Both the position numbers and the translations under genes were made by a program. Of a DNA stretch of 64,000 nucleotides, positions 10,174-20,280 are shown piece by piece (the first letter of the stretch is position 1; the number at the start of each line of letters is the position of its first letter). This DNA is from Oligoflexia bacterium (GTDB lineage: Bacteria; Bdellovibrionota; Bdellovibrionia; JABDDW01). The notes beneath the pieces were generated by a model. The model was not told the DNA's origin. It made no database searches and saw nothing but the letters and a program-made list of their open reading frames with translations. The DNA is taken from contig JAYTHU010000170.1 in the NCBI GenBank assembly GCA_043732305.1, positions 32,001 to 96,000 on the forward strand, read 5' to 3'.

Positions 10174-11370
10174 GTGATTAGGCTCAAAAATAAGAAAAAA
10201 ATCGCTCTCGTCCTTAGTGGAGGCGGAGTCAAAGCCGCCGCCTTTCACGTTGGGGTTTGTATAGCCCTTCAAGAAAAGGGCTTCAAATTTGCTGGAGGCA
10301 CCAGAGAACAAGTGGAAGAAAGCTCACTTGCTCATGACCCCATGGCGATCAAAACTTACGTGGGATCAAGCGCCGGTGCATTTATTTCGGCTTTACTCGC
10401 TGCCGGACATAGCATTGAGGATATAGTCGCAAGCTTTCAGATGGGAGCAGGCCTTGTTAAGAGGCCGACCAAAAAATCTCGGATCAAGCCAATCAGCTAC
10501 TTCGACATCTTCTCTGCCAATCAACCGAAGCTTGGAACTATCTTAAGCTTATTTAAACGAAAAAATCTTATCTCAGGAGGCTTCGAAGCAGCTCTCAAAA
10601 ACAATTTTAAAGTAAACGGGTTATTCACCACCCGCAGTCTTGAACGCTATTTAAGAAAATACGTACTGCCCACAAATTCCTTTTCAGAACTTGGTGCCGA
10701 GTTTTATGCTGTAGCGACATTTTTAGATTATTCCAGAAAAGCTATTTTTGGCCCGTCCACTAATACCACCAAAAAAGATCCCTCCATTTCTTATTACAAT
10801 GATGTTTCCATCAGTGACGCCGTCGCGGCATCGATGAGCTTGCCACCTGTTTTTGCTCCCTACCCCATTAAAAATTCTCAAGGCAAAATGATCTATTATT
10901 TTGATGGAGAGATTAGAGAAACCCTTTCAACCCATGTCGCTAAAGATGTTGGCGCAGATTTGATCATCGCGAGTTATTCAATTCAGCCATACGAATACAC
11001 AGAAGAAGTTGGCTCTCTGAGCCAGTTTGGTTTGCCTTTGATCATGAACCAAGCCCTGTATCAAGTGGTTGAGCAAAAAATTGCACGCGGCCTCGAGGCA
11101 CGCGAAGATATTCGTACATTGATCAGCACCGTGAATGGCTATTTCAAAGAAAATGGTCTGCCACCAGAACATGGCGAAAAACTTTTAGAAATCATGTGTC
11201 GCAAAGTGAATTACAAACGCGACATCGATTATATTTATATTCATCCGCGCGGTGAAAATTATGAAATGTTCTTTGTAGATCATTTTTCTCTGAATCCAGA
11301 AATTTTAAGTCGAATCGTAAAGATTGGATTTAAATCGGCGATCAATGTTTTGAGAAAATATCACATTTAA
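10174..11370 (+). CDS. Patatin-like phospholipase
   Basis: ALVLSGGG oxyanion motif, GSSAG nucleophile, AASMSLPPVFAP, and DGE (DGG variant). Confidence 0.88.
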   Translation: MIRLKNKKKIALVLSGGGVKAAAFHVGVCIALQEKGFKFAGGTREQVEESSLAHDPMAIKTYVGSSAGAFISALLAAGHSIEDIVASFQMGAGLVKRPTKKSRIKPISYFDIFSANQPKLGTILSLFKRKNLISGGFEAALKNNFKVNGLFTTRSLERYLRKYVLPTNSFSELGAEFYAVATFLDYSRKAIFGPSTNTTKKDPSISYYNDVSISDAVAASMSLPPVFAPYPIKNSQGKMIYYFDGEIRETLSTHVAKDVGADLIIASYSIQPYEYTEEVGSLSQFGLPLIMNQALYQVVEQKIARGLEAREDIRTLISTVNGYFKENGLPPEHGEKLLEIMCRKVNYKRDIDYIYIHPRGENYEMFFVDHFSLNPEILSRIVKIGFKSAINVLRKYHI

Positions 11371-11505
11371 GTTTTCTTCATATTTATGAACTTCATGTTA
11401 TTTATTTAAACTTTTCTTGAATTAAATTCCAAATCTTACAAAAAATTTCTTTATCTACAAGAGCCTTCTCCAGGAGCTCGGAAGGTCCCGGCTGTTTTTA
11501 GCCCC

Positions 11506-11521
11506 TGGCACATGTGTTGCT
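11506..11521 (+). promoter_or_regulatory. Sigma54 (-24/-12) promoter
   Basis: TGGCAC-ATGTG-TTGCT is an exact match to TGGCAC-N5-TTGCW, 36 nt upstream of the peptidase ATG, with an AT-rich region upstream. Confidence 0.75.
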
Positions 11522-11557
11522 TTTACACATAATGGGGTAATAAAAATAGGGGGAAGA

Positions 11558-13126
11558 ATGATCAAGGGGATTTCTGCGTCCATTGTATTTTTTATTTTCT
11601 TTTGTTTCGTCTCGGTCATTACAAACTCTGCTTTCGCTTCCGGCGAATGCAAAGACATATTAGGAGCATCGCTCAATCCACTTTGGGTCATGTCGAAACT
11701 TGATGATATCAAGAGCACGGAGACCCCATCAGAACGACGAGTGCGTGACGCCACAGCAAACTACGGATTTGAAGCAGTGGCACTGAACAATGAAGTTCTA
11801 AAGTTTGATACTCTTTACACCAAGACCGTTTATCCGACAGATACTGTCGACCAATCATATTCCGGGACATGTTGGATATTTGCCCAGTTAAATGTCTATC
11901 GAACAAGTATGGTCAAAGCAGGATTAGTTCTCCCGGAGTTTAAATTCTCAACTAACTTTGTGCATTTTTTCGATATGTTAGAAAAATCAAACACTCGACT
12001 AGTAGAAGCAATGCTTGCAGCTGAAAAATTCTCGACTGAAATAGAAATCTATAGAGAAGTTCGTGCTGAGATCGGGCGCGTGAGCGACGGCGGATGGAGC
12101 AACTACCTTCCTCAATTGGTAGAAAAATATGGACTGGTTCCCTATCAGTCCATGCCAGATACTTACGCTACACAATATTCCGATGTGATGATCAATGAAG
12201 TGAACAGGCAAGTAAGCAATGTCATTCACCAAATTATTCAAAAAAGTATTGATCTCAAGTTAGATAGATCACTGAACCGCACAGCACGCATGGCTGAGAT
12301 GCTTAAGATTAAAGAAATCGGCATGAGCGCCGTAACTAAAATTTTAGTGACTCACCTCGGGCATCCCCCCTCTGAAGTGGACACGTCTTTAAACTACGCC
12401 GTTAAAAAAAGCGGCAAAGTTCTCAAAACAAGTTTGATGCTGATTAAAAATATGTCGCCAACTCAGTTCGCACGTAAAATCGTGGAATTTAATAAAGATG
12501 ATTTTGTGGTGATCAGACACTATCCGTCATTGGCGCCAGGCCACTACGTTGTCAAAAGAAGCTCAATCGGAATAACTAGCGGGACTGAAACCAAATACGA
12601 TCTGCATTTTTTAAATCTTCGATCAGGAAACGGCGCAGATCGAATGCAACAGCTGGTCATGAAATCAATCAATGCGGGAATCGCCGTTGAATTTTCAGCT
12701 GACATTGGGCAGAACGCTTATTCGCCGTATGGGATTTTGGATCCGAAAATATATGATCGCGAAGGTTTATATGGATTGTCTTCTGAGGAGCGTGGGGAAG
12801 AATTATCTAAACGCTACGAACTTTTGCTGGGGGAAACATCTCCCGCTCATGCGATGGTCTTCACTGGCTATGATGCTCGCGATGGCAAAGGCAAACCTCC
12901 GAGACGTTTTCTCGTAAAAAACTCCTGGGGTATTTATGTTGGAGCAAAAATGGAAGGCGAAAAAAATAAATCAGTACAAGACGGCGATTTCCACATGAAC
13001 CGTTCCTGGTTTGATAAATATGTTTTTGACATCAACGTCCCTCGCCGCATGCTCAATAAAAAAGAACACTCCGTGCTTGAAGACAAACCCCAGGTGATCT
13101 CCTACGAAGATTTTAGCGAACTGTAA
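11558..13126 (+). CDS. Exported cysteine peptidase, C1B (PepC/bleomycin hydrolase-like)
   Basis: Signal peptide ending AFA; QSYSGTCWIFA (oxyanion Gln + catalytic Cys), DGGW, KYGLVP, HAMVFTG (His), VKNSWG (Asn). Confidence 0.85.
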   Translation: MIKGISASIVFFIFFCFVSVITNSAFASGECKDILGASLNPLWVMSKLDDIKSTETPSERRVRDATANYGFEAVALNNEVLKFDTLYTKTVYPTDTVDQSYSGTCWIFAQLNVYRTSMVKAGLVLPEFKFSTNFVHFFDMLEKSNTRLVEAMLAAEKFSTEIEIYREVRAEIGRVSDGGWSNYLPQLVEKYGLVPYQSMPDTYATQYSDVMINEVNRQVSNVIHQIIQKSIDLKLDRSLNRTARMAEMLKIKEIGMSAVTKILVTHLGHPPSEVDTSLNYAVKKSGKVLKTSLMLIKNMSPTQFARKIVEFNKDDFVVIRHYPSLAPGHYVVKRSSIGITSGTETKYDLHFLNLRSGNGADRMQQLVMKSINAGIAVEFSADIGQNAYSPYGILDPKIYDREGLYGLSSEERGEELSKRYELLLGETSPAHAMVFTGYDARDGKGKPPRRFLVKNSWGIYVGAKMEGEKNKSVQDGDFHMNRSWFDKYVFDINVPRRMLNKKEHSVLEDKPQVISYEDFSEL

Positions 13127-13205
13127 TTCTAAGTCCTTGTTTTAACGAAGGAAAATACTAGTCCAGGTCTTCCCCTTGAAAGCCGATAGAATAGGGTGGG
13201 GGAAC

Positions 13206-14750
13206 ATGAACAAATTAAAAGCCCGACTTAAAAAATCAGCGGTGGCACTAGTTCTATATGTAGTGATTCCGTTTGCTGTGCTCTTCAACGTTTATTATAT
13301 TGTGGATTCCAATTCAGACAGCATGCGAAGGCTCGCATCCATTGTTAAAAATAATCTTAGTCCAACATTGGTTTTCCAAACTGAGCAACTTCTGTCAAAT
13401 CTAAACAGTGTTTTTGGTTCATCAAAAACTGACACTGAAGAAGAAGATGAAGCCCTGCCATTAATCAAAGCCCAGGCCAATAAAAAAACTCCTGATGGTG
13501 CTTTCATCACAGAAAATTTTATTGAGCAAAGGCAAACTGCCGCACCCACATTGACATCCGAATCTATAAACAAAATCCCACTTGAGTATTTAGATGAAAC
13601 TTTTGTGAAGGAAGATATTCTTGACGATAAACTCAATCGACTTCCCCAGGATTTCAAAATTGCACCAGAGATGAAAGATCGGGTTGGATTTTGGCTAGAT
13701 ATCTACACCAAATACACCTCACGGTTTTCTGTTATTCACGACGAAGAAAGACCGTGGATCATTTATAAAGTTGTAGATGCTCGAGAAATATACAGTCAAC
13801 CCGGATCTCAGGTCACACTTCATGCGAATGAAATGATATTGATCGCGAGAGAGAAAAAATCTGTAACAGACACACTTAAGAAGCTTTCAAAAAGAAAAAA
13901 CGCCAAAGACCTCACCGCTGACGAAACAAAATTTGCGAGGCTTCTCGAAAGCACGGTTGGAAAACGCAAAACTGTATTTTCTAACGCAGAAAAACACATT
14001 CGTATTCAAAGAGGGCAAAAAGATTTTTACCGTAACGGAGTTATTGAAAGTTCAAAATATCTAAATGAAATGGAAGAAATTTTTGCGCATCATGACTTGC
14101 CTACGGAACTTGTGAGACTGCCGCTTGTCGAATCAAGTTTCAATGAGGACGCTACCAGTAAAGTTGGAGCAAGCGGAATTTGGCAATTCATGCCTAGTGT
14201 GGGAGCACATTACGTAAAAATGGGCGCAACCATAGACGAAAGAAATTCGCCGATCAAGGCTACGGACGCTGCCGCAAAACTTCTCCGCAGCAATTTTAAA
14301 ATGTTAAAGAACTGGCCGCTCGCGATAACAGCCTACAATCACGGCGCCGGCGGCCTAGTGAAAGCTTCTAAAAATATTGCCAATCCGACAATGTTTGAAA
14401 TCATTCAAACTTACAAATCGAAAAGTTTTAGTTTTGCTTCCAAGAACTTCTACTCGGAATTTATGGCGGCACTTTATGGCGAACGCTATCAAGAGGAAAT
14501 ATTTGGCAGTCTGGTCAAACTTGCGCCATTGGCTGCAGATGAAGTGATTCTTAAGAAAAAAATGCGCTTACGTGACGTAGCAGAAATTGCGGGCGTGACA
14601 ATGGAAGAAATAAAACTTCACAATCCTGATTTGAGAAAACATCTTATCAAAGAAAATCCATTCTTGCCCAAAGGATACACGATCAGACTTCCACTCGGAC
14701 GCGGCACTTCGCTGGAGCTTTATTACCAACAACAAGCCAAGGCTGGATGA
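13206..14750 (+). CDS. Membrane-anchored lytic transglycosylase (SLT domain + LysM; MltD-like)
   Basis: N-terminal TM; LPLVESSF (catalytic Glu), GASGIWQFMP, AITAYNHG; LysM-like C-terminus (IKLHNPDL...GYTIRLP). Confidence 0.88.
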   Translation: MNKLKARLKKSAVALVLYVVIPFAVLFNVYYIVDSNSDSMRRLASIVKNNLSPTLVFQTEQLLSNLNSVFGSSKTDTEEEDEALPLIKAQANKKTPDGAFITENFIEQRQTAAPTLTSESINKIPLEYLDETFVKEDILDDKLNRLPQDFKIAPEMKDRVGFWLDIYTKYTSRFSVIHDEERPWIIYKVVDAREIYSQPGSQVTLHANEMILIAREKKSVTDTLKKLSKRKNAKDLTADETKFARLLESTVGKRKTVFSNAEKHIRIQRGQKDFYRNGVIESSKYLNEMEEIFAHHDLPTELVRLPLVESSFNEDATSKVGASGIWQFMPSVGAHYVKMGATIDERNSPIKATDAAAKLLRSNFKMLKNWPLAITAYNHGAGGLVKASKNIANPTMFEIIQTYKSKSFSFASKNFYSEFMAALYGERYQEEIFGSLVKLAPLAADEVILKKKMRLRDVAEIAGVTMEEIKLHNPDLRKHLIKENPFLPKGYTIRLPLGRGTSLELYYQQQAKAG

Positions 14751-14756
14751 AGCGAA

Positions 14757-17066
14757 TTAAGGTGTGATTTCGCCGTTCACGACGTTGAGGATTCCTGCTT
14801 CGGATACAAAGACCCGAGAATTAGTCATCTCTCCATCAGCAGTGGATACTAACAGAGTGTGAAGCCCCGGCTTAAGATTGGTGAGAAGAAAAAGTCCACC
14901 TTCCGCCCCAGATTCTGTTTTACCAGCAGCAATATTTCCCGACTCATCAAAGTAGAATATATTTTCGTCCGCTTGAACTTCGTTGTCGAGAGAGACACGA
15001 AAAGTTGTTCCGTCATATTTACCCAAAAGTATTCCGGCAGATTCATATTGTTTAATGTTGTTTTGTGACATCTGAGCGAGCAACCAAGCTTTTCGATAAA
15101 CCTGAATGTCGATATCTTTTGCTTCAGATCTTAAAATCGCTTCGCGTGAAACGAAATAGTCAGATCCGGCGTTGGCATCGAGATAAAGCACTGGATCAGT
15201 GGATGCAAGTTTAGCGCTGAAACCTTGAGAGCCACTCTGGAATCCGTTCTTTGTTCCAACCACAGAAATTTGAGCGGAGACACTTTGACTGAGGCTCACG
15301 TCTGAAATTTTGCCGGAGACTTCGAGCCACTTCAAATTAATTTCTGCATAAGAAACAAATCCCGGACTTGCGACAACAACAGAACTCGGAAGAACGTGCC
15401 CAGGCATTTCTGTGCTCACGACATGAATGCCTTGTTTCACTTTAATAAAAGCGTAGAGGCCATTTGCACTCGTTGCGTTTAGTTTTTTATCAGGGATACG
15501 CCAGTCGTTGAAATAAATCGGACCTACGGCACCTTGCGCACTCAATGAAACCTTCACGCCAGCAAGTGGTTTGCTTCTTTTATTCACCTGGCCCCAGATC
15601 ACAGCATAAGTATTGTTCGCCCCGGGCTCACCAGCTAAATCGAAAAGACTTTGCATCATTTTATTTGAAAAAAGTGGAACGCGTTCTTTGATGGCCGTTT
15701 CCGTGACAAGTCTCGTACCCCAATAGTCAGGAGCACCAGCTTCTAAAATGAAACTTGATGAACCACCAAGTCCTGAAAGTTTATATGCTCCGCGCGGATC
15801 TGCTTCATCTCTGGTTTGCGCAGCTCCCATGACCATTGCACCTGGAGCTAGAATTTTCACATTGTCATAACTATAGGCGCTAACAATTTCTCCAGTTTTT
15901 GCTGAATTGATAGGTGCAAGAGTGATTTTCACGCCATCAGATTTTCTCATTTGGATGCTTAGATCTTCTTTTGTTGCCCCATTTAAATCAAAATCTCCGC
16001 GACCCAAAAGTTTGTGATGAGAATCTTTAAGTGTTGCGATAATTTTCCCGGAATCATACGCGGGAACATTCACGCTGTAGAGACCTTGCGTATAATCAAC
16101 AGTTCCATCTACCGTTTGAGTTCCAGTTTTCCATTGGACTTTCAAATTGTTGATTTCATGAGTGATAGCAAGTCCTCCGGAAAGTTCGATCTGTCCGTGA
16201 ATCGTATAACTTCCGCCACTTGGGGCTTTGTCTGCAACTGCGGGACTATCGGACACATCATTTGCTGACATTTGTTCCAGAACTTGCGCAGCCATGCTCG
16301 CTGAACGAATCGTTGGGATTTCCATCATTGATTTTGTTGATAGATTCACTGAGCCAACAGACGCGACTTTATTAGTATTTCCTCCAGGAATGCCGCTACC
16401 CCCGGGAGTTCCGCCACCAATTGAATTGATGAAGGCGCTAGGCAATCTGCTCGAAGTGTAACTCTTGGTCGAAATTTGAAGACCTTGAGGTATCACTTCC
16501 TCCCCAGATGGCAATCCACGATAGGCATTTGTTACTGACGGGATCAAATGCACTTCGCCGCGCACTGAAATTCCGGTAGCGGCAATGGTCTGAAAGTTCA
16601 CTGGACGCACAAGATTCAAAAGCTCTGAAAGCTTTTCGAGCTTCCGATTCTCTAAATTATTCTTTTTGATTTCAGCCAAAAGCTGCTCAGGAATATTGAC
16701 CGAAAGTTCTCGCTGCATTCTTTTCTGTTCGAAAGCCTGAAGTTTTACTTTCCTGATCTGCTCTCGAGAAAAATTATCAGACACCTTTTTGAGTTCGGGC
16801 CAGAAGGATTTTTGACCTGCCAAGAGAACACGAGTATTTTTCCCCAAGGTCATCTCGTTTGCAGGCTCAATATTGACCTGTGGAAGTTCTTCATCGGAAA
16901 TTGCTGCTAAGGGCGGAGAATTTTTTGAGATAGTGATTGTTAGAGAATTGTCTTCGGAGATGTGAACAAAATCAAAATTCCCCATGGCGGATGGGAATGC
17001 CGTAGATATAAATATCCACGAATAAAGCGGCCAAAAAAAAGGCGAATAAAACAGTTTCACACTCAA
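14757..17066 (-). CDS. Large hypothetical exported protein with C-terminal beta-sandwich (carboxypeptidase-regulatory-like) repeats
   Basis: 769-aa ORF, hydrophobic N-terminus, low-complexity G/S linker, repeated motifs such as PLAGVKVSL...TSANGLYAF and GLFLLTNLKPGLHTL. Start uncertain. Confidence 0.6.
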   Translation of the reverse strand: MSVKLFYSPFFWPLYSWIFISTAFPSAMGNFDFVHISEDNSLTITISKNSPPLAAISDEELPQVNIEPANEMTLGKNTRVLLAGQKSFWPELKKVSDNFSREQIRKVKLQAFEQKRMQRELSVNIPEQLLAEIKKNNLENRKLEKLSELLNLVRPVNFQTIAATGISVRGEVHLIPSVTNAYRGLPSGEEVIPQGLQISTKSYTSSRLPSAFINSIGGGTPGGSGIPGGNTNKVASVGSVNLSTKSMMEIPTIRSASMAAQVLEQMSANDVSDSPAVADKAPSGGSYTIHGQIELSGGLAITHEINNLKVQWKTGTQTVDGTVDYTQGLYSVNVPAYDSGKIIATLKDSHHKLLGRGDFDLNGATKEDLSIQMRKSDGVKITLAPINSAKTGEIVSAYSYDNVKILAPGAMVMGAAQTRDEADPRGAYKLSGLGGSSSFILEAGAPDYWGTRLVTETAIKERVPLFSNKMMQSLFDLAGEPGANNTYAVIWGQVNKRSKPLAGVKVSLSAQGAVGPIYFNDWRIPDKKLNATSANGLYAFIKVKQGIHVVSTEMPGHVLPSSVVVASPGFVSYAEINLKWLEVSGKISDVSLSQSVSAQISVVGTKNGFQSGSQGFSAKLASTDPVLYLDANAGSDYFVSREAILRSEAKDIDIQVYRKAWLLAQMSQNNIKQYESAGILLGKYDGTTFRVSLDNEVQADENIFYFDESGNIAAGKTESGAEGGLFLLTNLKPGLHTLLVSTADGEMTNSRVFVSEAGILNVVNGEITP

Positions 17067-17140
17067 ACCTTCCGTAGTTTGTGCATATCTTTGCCTACTA
17101 TTTAAATAGTGGGCAGATTGAATACTCTTCTATTATTTTC

Positions 17141-17635
17141 CTAGAATGAACGGAAATCGTCAATGAAGTTATTCGACTTTTCCCGCTTCTCTAAAATGGA
17201 AGTGATGCTGTTGAGTAGTCGAGTGGCTAGTCGTTTGTCATAGTGATCAAATGAATAGTCACTGTCCCTAAGTTCAGATTGAGGTTTCTTTGCCGTGCTC
17301 CGTTCAATAGAGACTTGCACATCAAAAGTGTACGGGCGGCTTTCTCCGTAAACAGTAACTTTGGCTAGTCCCCTATCACGAAGTCCAGATTTTATAACAG
17401 ATGGGTCTTGCTTCACCAAAAAAGGCCGAGAAATGATATCTCGGTGATTTTCACTGTAACTGAGAACACCCATGCTCAGGGCTTTTTCGATCGCAGAATA
17501 AACAGAAGTGAGTGGATAATTTTGTTCAGTAGAAGTTACCGTAGATGAGCAACCACTTAAAGCGAAAACGGCAAGTATGAAAATACTTGCCGTCGACACT
17601 AAATTAAAATTTCTGAAATTTAAAAAATTAGGCAT
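17141..17635 (-). CDS. Hypothetical lipoprotein
   Basis: Lipobox LSGC after a hydrophobic stretch; overlaps the end of fsa. Confidence 0.65.
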   Translation of the reverse strand: MPNFLNFRNFNLVSTASIFILAVFALSGCSSTVTSTEQNYPLTSVYSAIEKALSMGVLSYSENHRDIISRPFLVKQDPSVIKSGLRDRGLAKVTVYGESRPYTFDVQVSIERSTAKKPQSELRDSDYSFDHYDKRLATRLLNSITSILEKREKSNNFIDDFRSF

Positions 17636-18293
17636 TCGTTTGAGGCTGTTGCTTCGAAACTTTTTCCCAGTCTTTCAAAAATGCAGCGATACCTTTATCA
17701 GTCAAAGGATGACTTGCAAGACTTCGCGCTACACTGATAGGCATGGTTGCGATATCTGCACCAACCATTGCTGAATCAAGAACGTGAATAGGATTACGCA
17801 CACTTGCCACAATGATTTCCGTTGAATACTCATAGTTGTCAAAAATAGTGCGGATCTGACTAATCAAATCCATTCCAACTGATCCAATATCATCAAGTCT
17901 GCCAACGAAAGGGCTGACATAGCTTGCGCCCGCTTTTGCACAAAGCAAAGCTTGGAGCGGACTAAAAATTAAAGTGACATTGGTTTTGATTTTCTCAGCT
18001 GCGAAACGTTTCACGGCTTTGAGACCTTCGATGCCCATGGGAATTTTAACAATCACGTTATCTGCAAGCTTGGCGAGCTCTCGGCCCTCTTCATACATTT
18101 TTCCAGCTTCGAGGCTAACAACTTCAGCAGAAACAGGTCCACTTACTTCTTTGCAGATCTCTTTGATCACTTCTTTGAAGTCACGACCGCTTTTCACGAT
18201 CAGAGTAGGGTTAGTCGTTACACCGTCACATAGGCCTAAGGATAAACCTTCGCGAATGTCACTCATCTCTGCGCTATCAACATAAAATTTCAT
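17628..18293 (-). CDS. fsa: Transaldolase / fructose-6-phosphate aldolase family
   Basis: GVTTNPT, VKIP (Schiff-base Lys), [18 protein letters not shown]. Confidence 0.93.
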   Translation of the reverse strand: MKFYVDSAEMSDIREGLSLGLCDGVTTNPTLIVKSGRDFKEVIKEICKEVSGPVSAEVVSLEAGKMYEEGRELAKLADNVIVKIPMGIEGLKAVKRFAAEKIKTNVTLIFSPLQALLCAKAGASYVSPFVGRLDDIGSVGMDLISQIRTIFDNYEYSTEIIVASVRNPIHVLDSAMVGADIATMPISVARSLASHPLTDKGIAAFLKDWEKVSKQQPQTNA

Positions 18294-18378
18294 ATTACTT
18301 GCCTCCGGTCATTACAGATAGACTTGGTGCGCTTAAAAATCAAGCTCAATCCAGATTCCGGTCGAGATACATAGGCGA

Positions 18379-19566
18379 CTATGCTCTCGAGCGAGGATTG
18401 TTCATTGCAAGAGTGATTCTCTCCATCGCCACTTTCATTCGTTCGATGGGGATAGTCATAGCGAATCGCACATAACCTTGTCCCTCAGGGCCGAAACCAG
18501 TACCAGGGGTGACAATGACTCCGGCTTCTTTAATAAGAAATTCCGTGAAGCTTTCAGAGTTAAAGCCCGCAGGGACTTTGCTCCAAATATAGAAACTTGC
18601 TTCAGGCACTTTAAATTGAAACTTCAATTTTTTCAGTTCAGCGCAAAGATAATCTCGACGAGCTTGATACTGCTCACGCATATTGTCGCAATCTTTCCAA
18701 CAGTCTTCCAATGCGACAATGCCCGCTTCTTGAATAGCTTGATAAACTCCGGAATCAATGTTGGTTTTGATTTTTGCTAGACCTTCAATGACTTTTTTAT
18801 TACCTACAACAAAACCGATGCGGAATCCGGCCATGTTGAAAGTTTTAGAAAAAGAATGAAATTCAATTCCTAAGTTCTCTTTAGCACCTTTAGCTTGAAG
18901 AAAACTTGGAGGGCGTTTGCCGTCGTAATAAATTTCTGAATAAGCATTGTCATGACAAACAATGAGCTCACGTTTTTTTGCAAAATCAGCCACATAATCA
19001 AAAAAACTTGTGTCGACAATGGCGGAGGTTGGGTTGCACGGGAAATTTAAAAAAAGCATTTTTGATTTATCGAGCGCTTTTCTATCAATCATTTCCAGAT
19101 CGGGAAGAAAATCTTTCTCCTCCCGCTGAGGAACAAAAATAGGAACTCCACCTGCGATAATTGTGGCTGTCTGATAAACAGGGTAACCAGGAGAAGGCAC
19201 AAGAACTCCATCACCGGGATTTATAAATGCTTGTGGAATATGCGCAAGACCTTCTTTGGAACCTGAAAGAACCAGAACTTCTGAGTGAGGATCAAGCAAT
19301 ACGCCAAATCTGGCGTCATACCACTGAGCAATTGCTTTTCTCAGCTCAATCATTCCTGGATATGAAGGATAGTATGAGCTTTCAGGTTTGAGGCTTGCTT
19401 CATGAAGTTTTCTGAGCACACGCTCAGGGGTTGGAAGATCGGGATCTCCTACACCAAAACTTATGACGTCGACTCCTTGAGAAGTTTTTTCTCTTTTCAT
19501 CTCGTCTATCTTTGCAAAAACATAAGGCGGTAATTTTCGAACTCGTTCAGCGTATTCCATTTGCAC
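18379..19566 (-). CDS. dapL: LL-diaminopimelate aminotransferase
   Basis: Class I/II PLP enzyme (LPPYVFA, GSKEG, NPT, HDNAYSE, SFSKTFNMAGFRIG) within the dap operon. Confidence 0.85.
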   Translation of the reverse strand: MQMEYAERVRKLPPYVFAKIDEMKREKTSQGVDVISFGVGDPDLPTPERVLRKLHEASLKPESSYYPSYPGMIELRKAIAQWYDARFGVLLDPHSEVLVLSGSKEGLAHIPQAFINPGDGVLVPSPGYPVYQTATIIAGGVPIFVPQREEKDFLPDLEMIDRKALDKSKMLFLNFPCNPTSAIVDTSFFDYVADFAKKRELIVCHDNAYSEIYYDGKRPPSFLQAKGAKENLGIEFHSFSKTFNMAGFRIGFVVGNKKVIEGLAKIKTNIDSGVYQAIQEAGIVALEDCWKDCDNMREQYQARRDYLCAELKKLKFQFKVPEASFYIWSKVPAGFNSESFTEFLIKEAGVIVTPGTGFGPEGQGYVRFAMTIPIERMKVAMERITLAMNNPRSRA

Positions 19567-20280
19567 TCACTTTTTAAGAAGGTCTTTCATAGAGTAGAGC
19601 CCAGCTTTTTGTTTAAGAATCCACCGGCTTGCAGCCAACGCACCTTCAGCAAAAAGGGCGCGTCCTTGAGCGTGATGTTCAAAACTCACCCATTCTCCTC
19701 CACCGAAAAAATAGACTTTATGTATACCGTAAACTTCTCCGCCGCGCAAACTAACGGGAGAAGAAACTTTTTGATTCGATTTTTTAACTTCTTCGACGGC
19801 ATCTTTTAAGAAAATAGCCGTTCCACTGGGCTTGTCTTTTTTATCTTTATGGTGAATCTCTTCAATTTCAATTTCGCAAGATCCGTAAGCTTTCAAAAAA
19901 GCTTGCATCGCCTCACGCATAGCATTCACACCCAAACTCATATTTGGGCTCATGAAGATAGGAATCTTCTTAGATGCTTTTTCAATCAGATTAAAATTTT
20001 TGAGTTTAAATCCAGTCGTTCCAATTACGATGGCTTTTTTCTTTTTCACGCACCAATCGACGATTTCCATCGTTCCTGCGGGACTAGAAAAATCAATGAC
20101 CACATCGGGCTTTCTTTGCTCTAAAGAAACTAGGCGAGTGTATGTTTCGAACTCGCCAACGCTGATTTTTTGATCTAGCCCGGCGCAAATTGTGAACTCA
20201 CCTTTTTGCTTTGCCAATAGAGCGATCTCTCGTCCCATTCTGCCACTGGCTCCGCTCAATGCAACTCTGATCACTTTCAT
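19567..20280 (-). CDS. dapB: 4-hydroxy-tetrahydrodipicolinate reductase
   Basis: GASGRMG, IDFS, GTTG, EIHHKDKKDKPSGTA. Confidence 0.95.
   Translation of the reverse strand: MKVIRVALSGASGRMGREIALLAKQKGEFTICAGLDQKISVGEFETYTRLVSLEQRKPDVVIDFSSPAGTMEIVDWCVKKKKAIVIGTTGFKLKNFNLIEKASKKIPIFMSPNMSLGVNAMREAMQAFLKAYGSCEIEIEEIHHKDKKDKPSGTAIFLKDAVEEVKKSNQKVSSPVSLRGGEVYGIHKVYFFGGGEWVSFEHHAQGRALFAEGALAASRWILKQKAGLYSMKDLLKK

Noticed and set aside
10102..10311. 5' extension of the 242-aa minus ORF
   Set aside because: Overlaps the patatin gene antisense; a better start with RBS lies at 10101.
11526..11538. 13-mer CACATAATGGGGT also present on the minus strand at 26131-26143
   Set aside because: A single 13-bp match is compatible with chance and the flanks differ.
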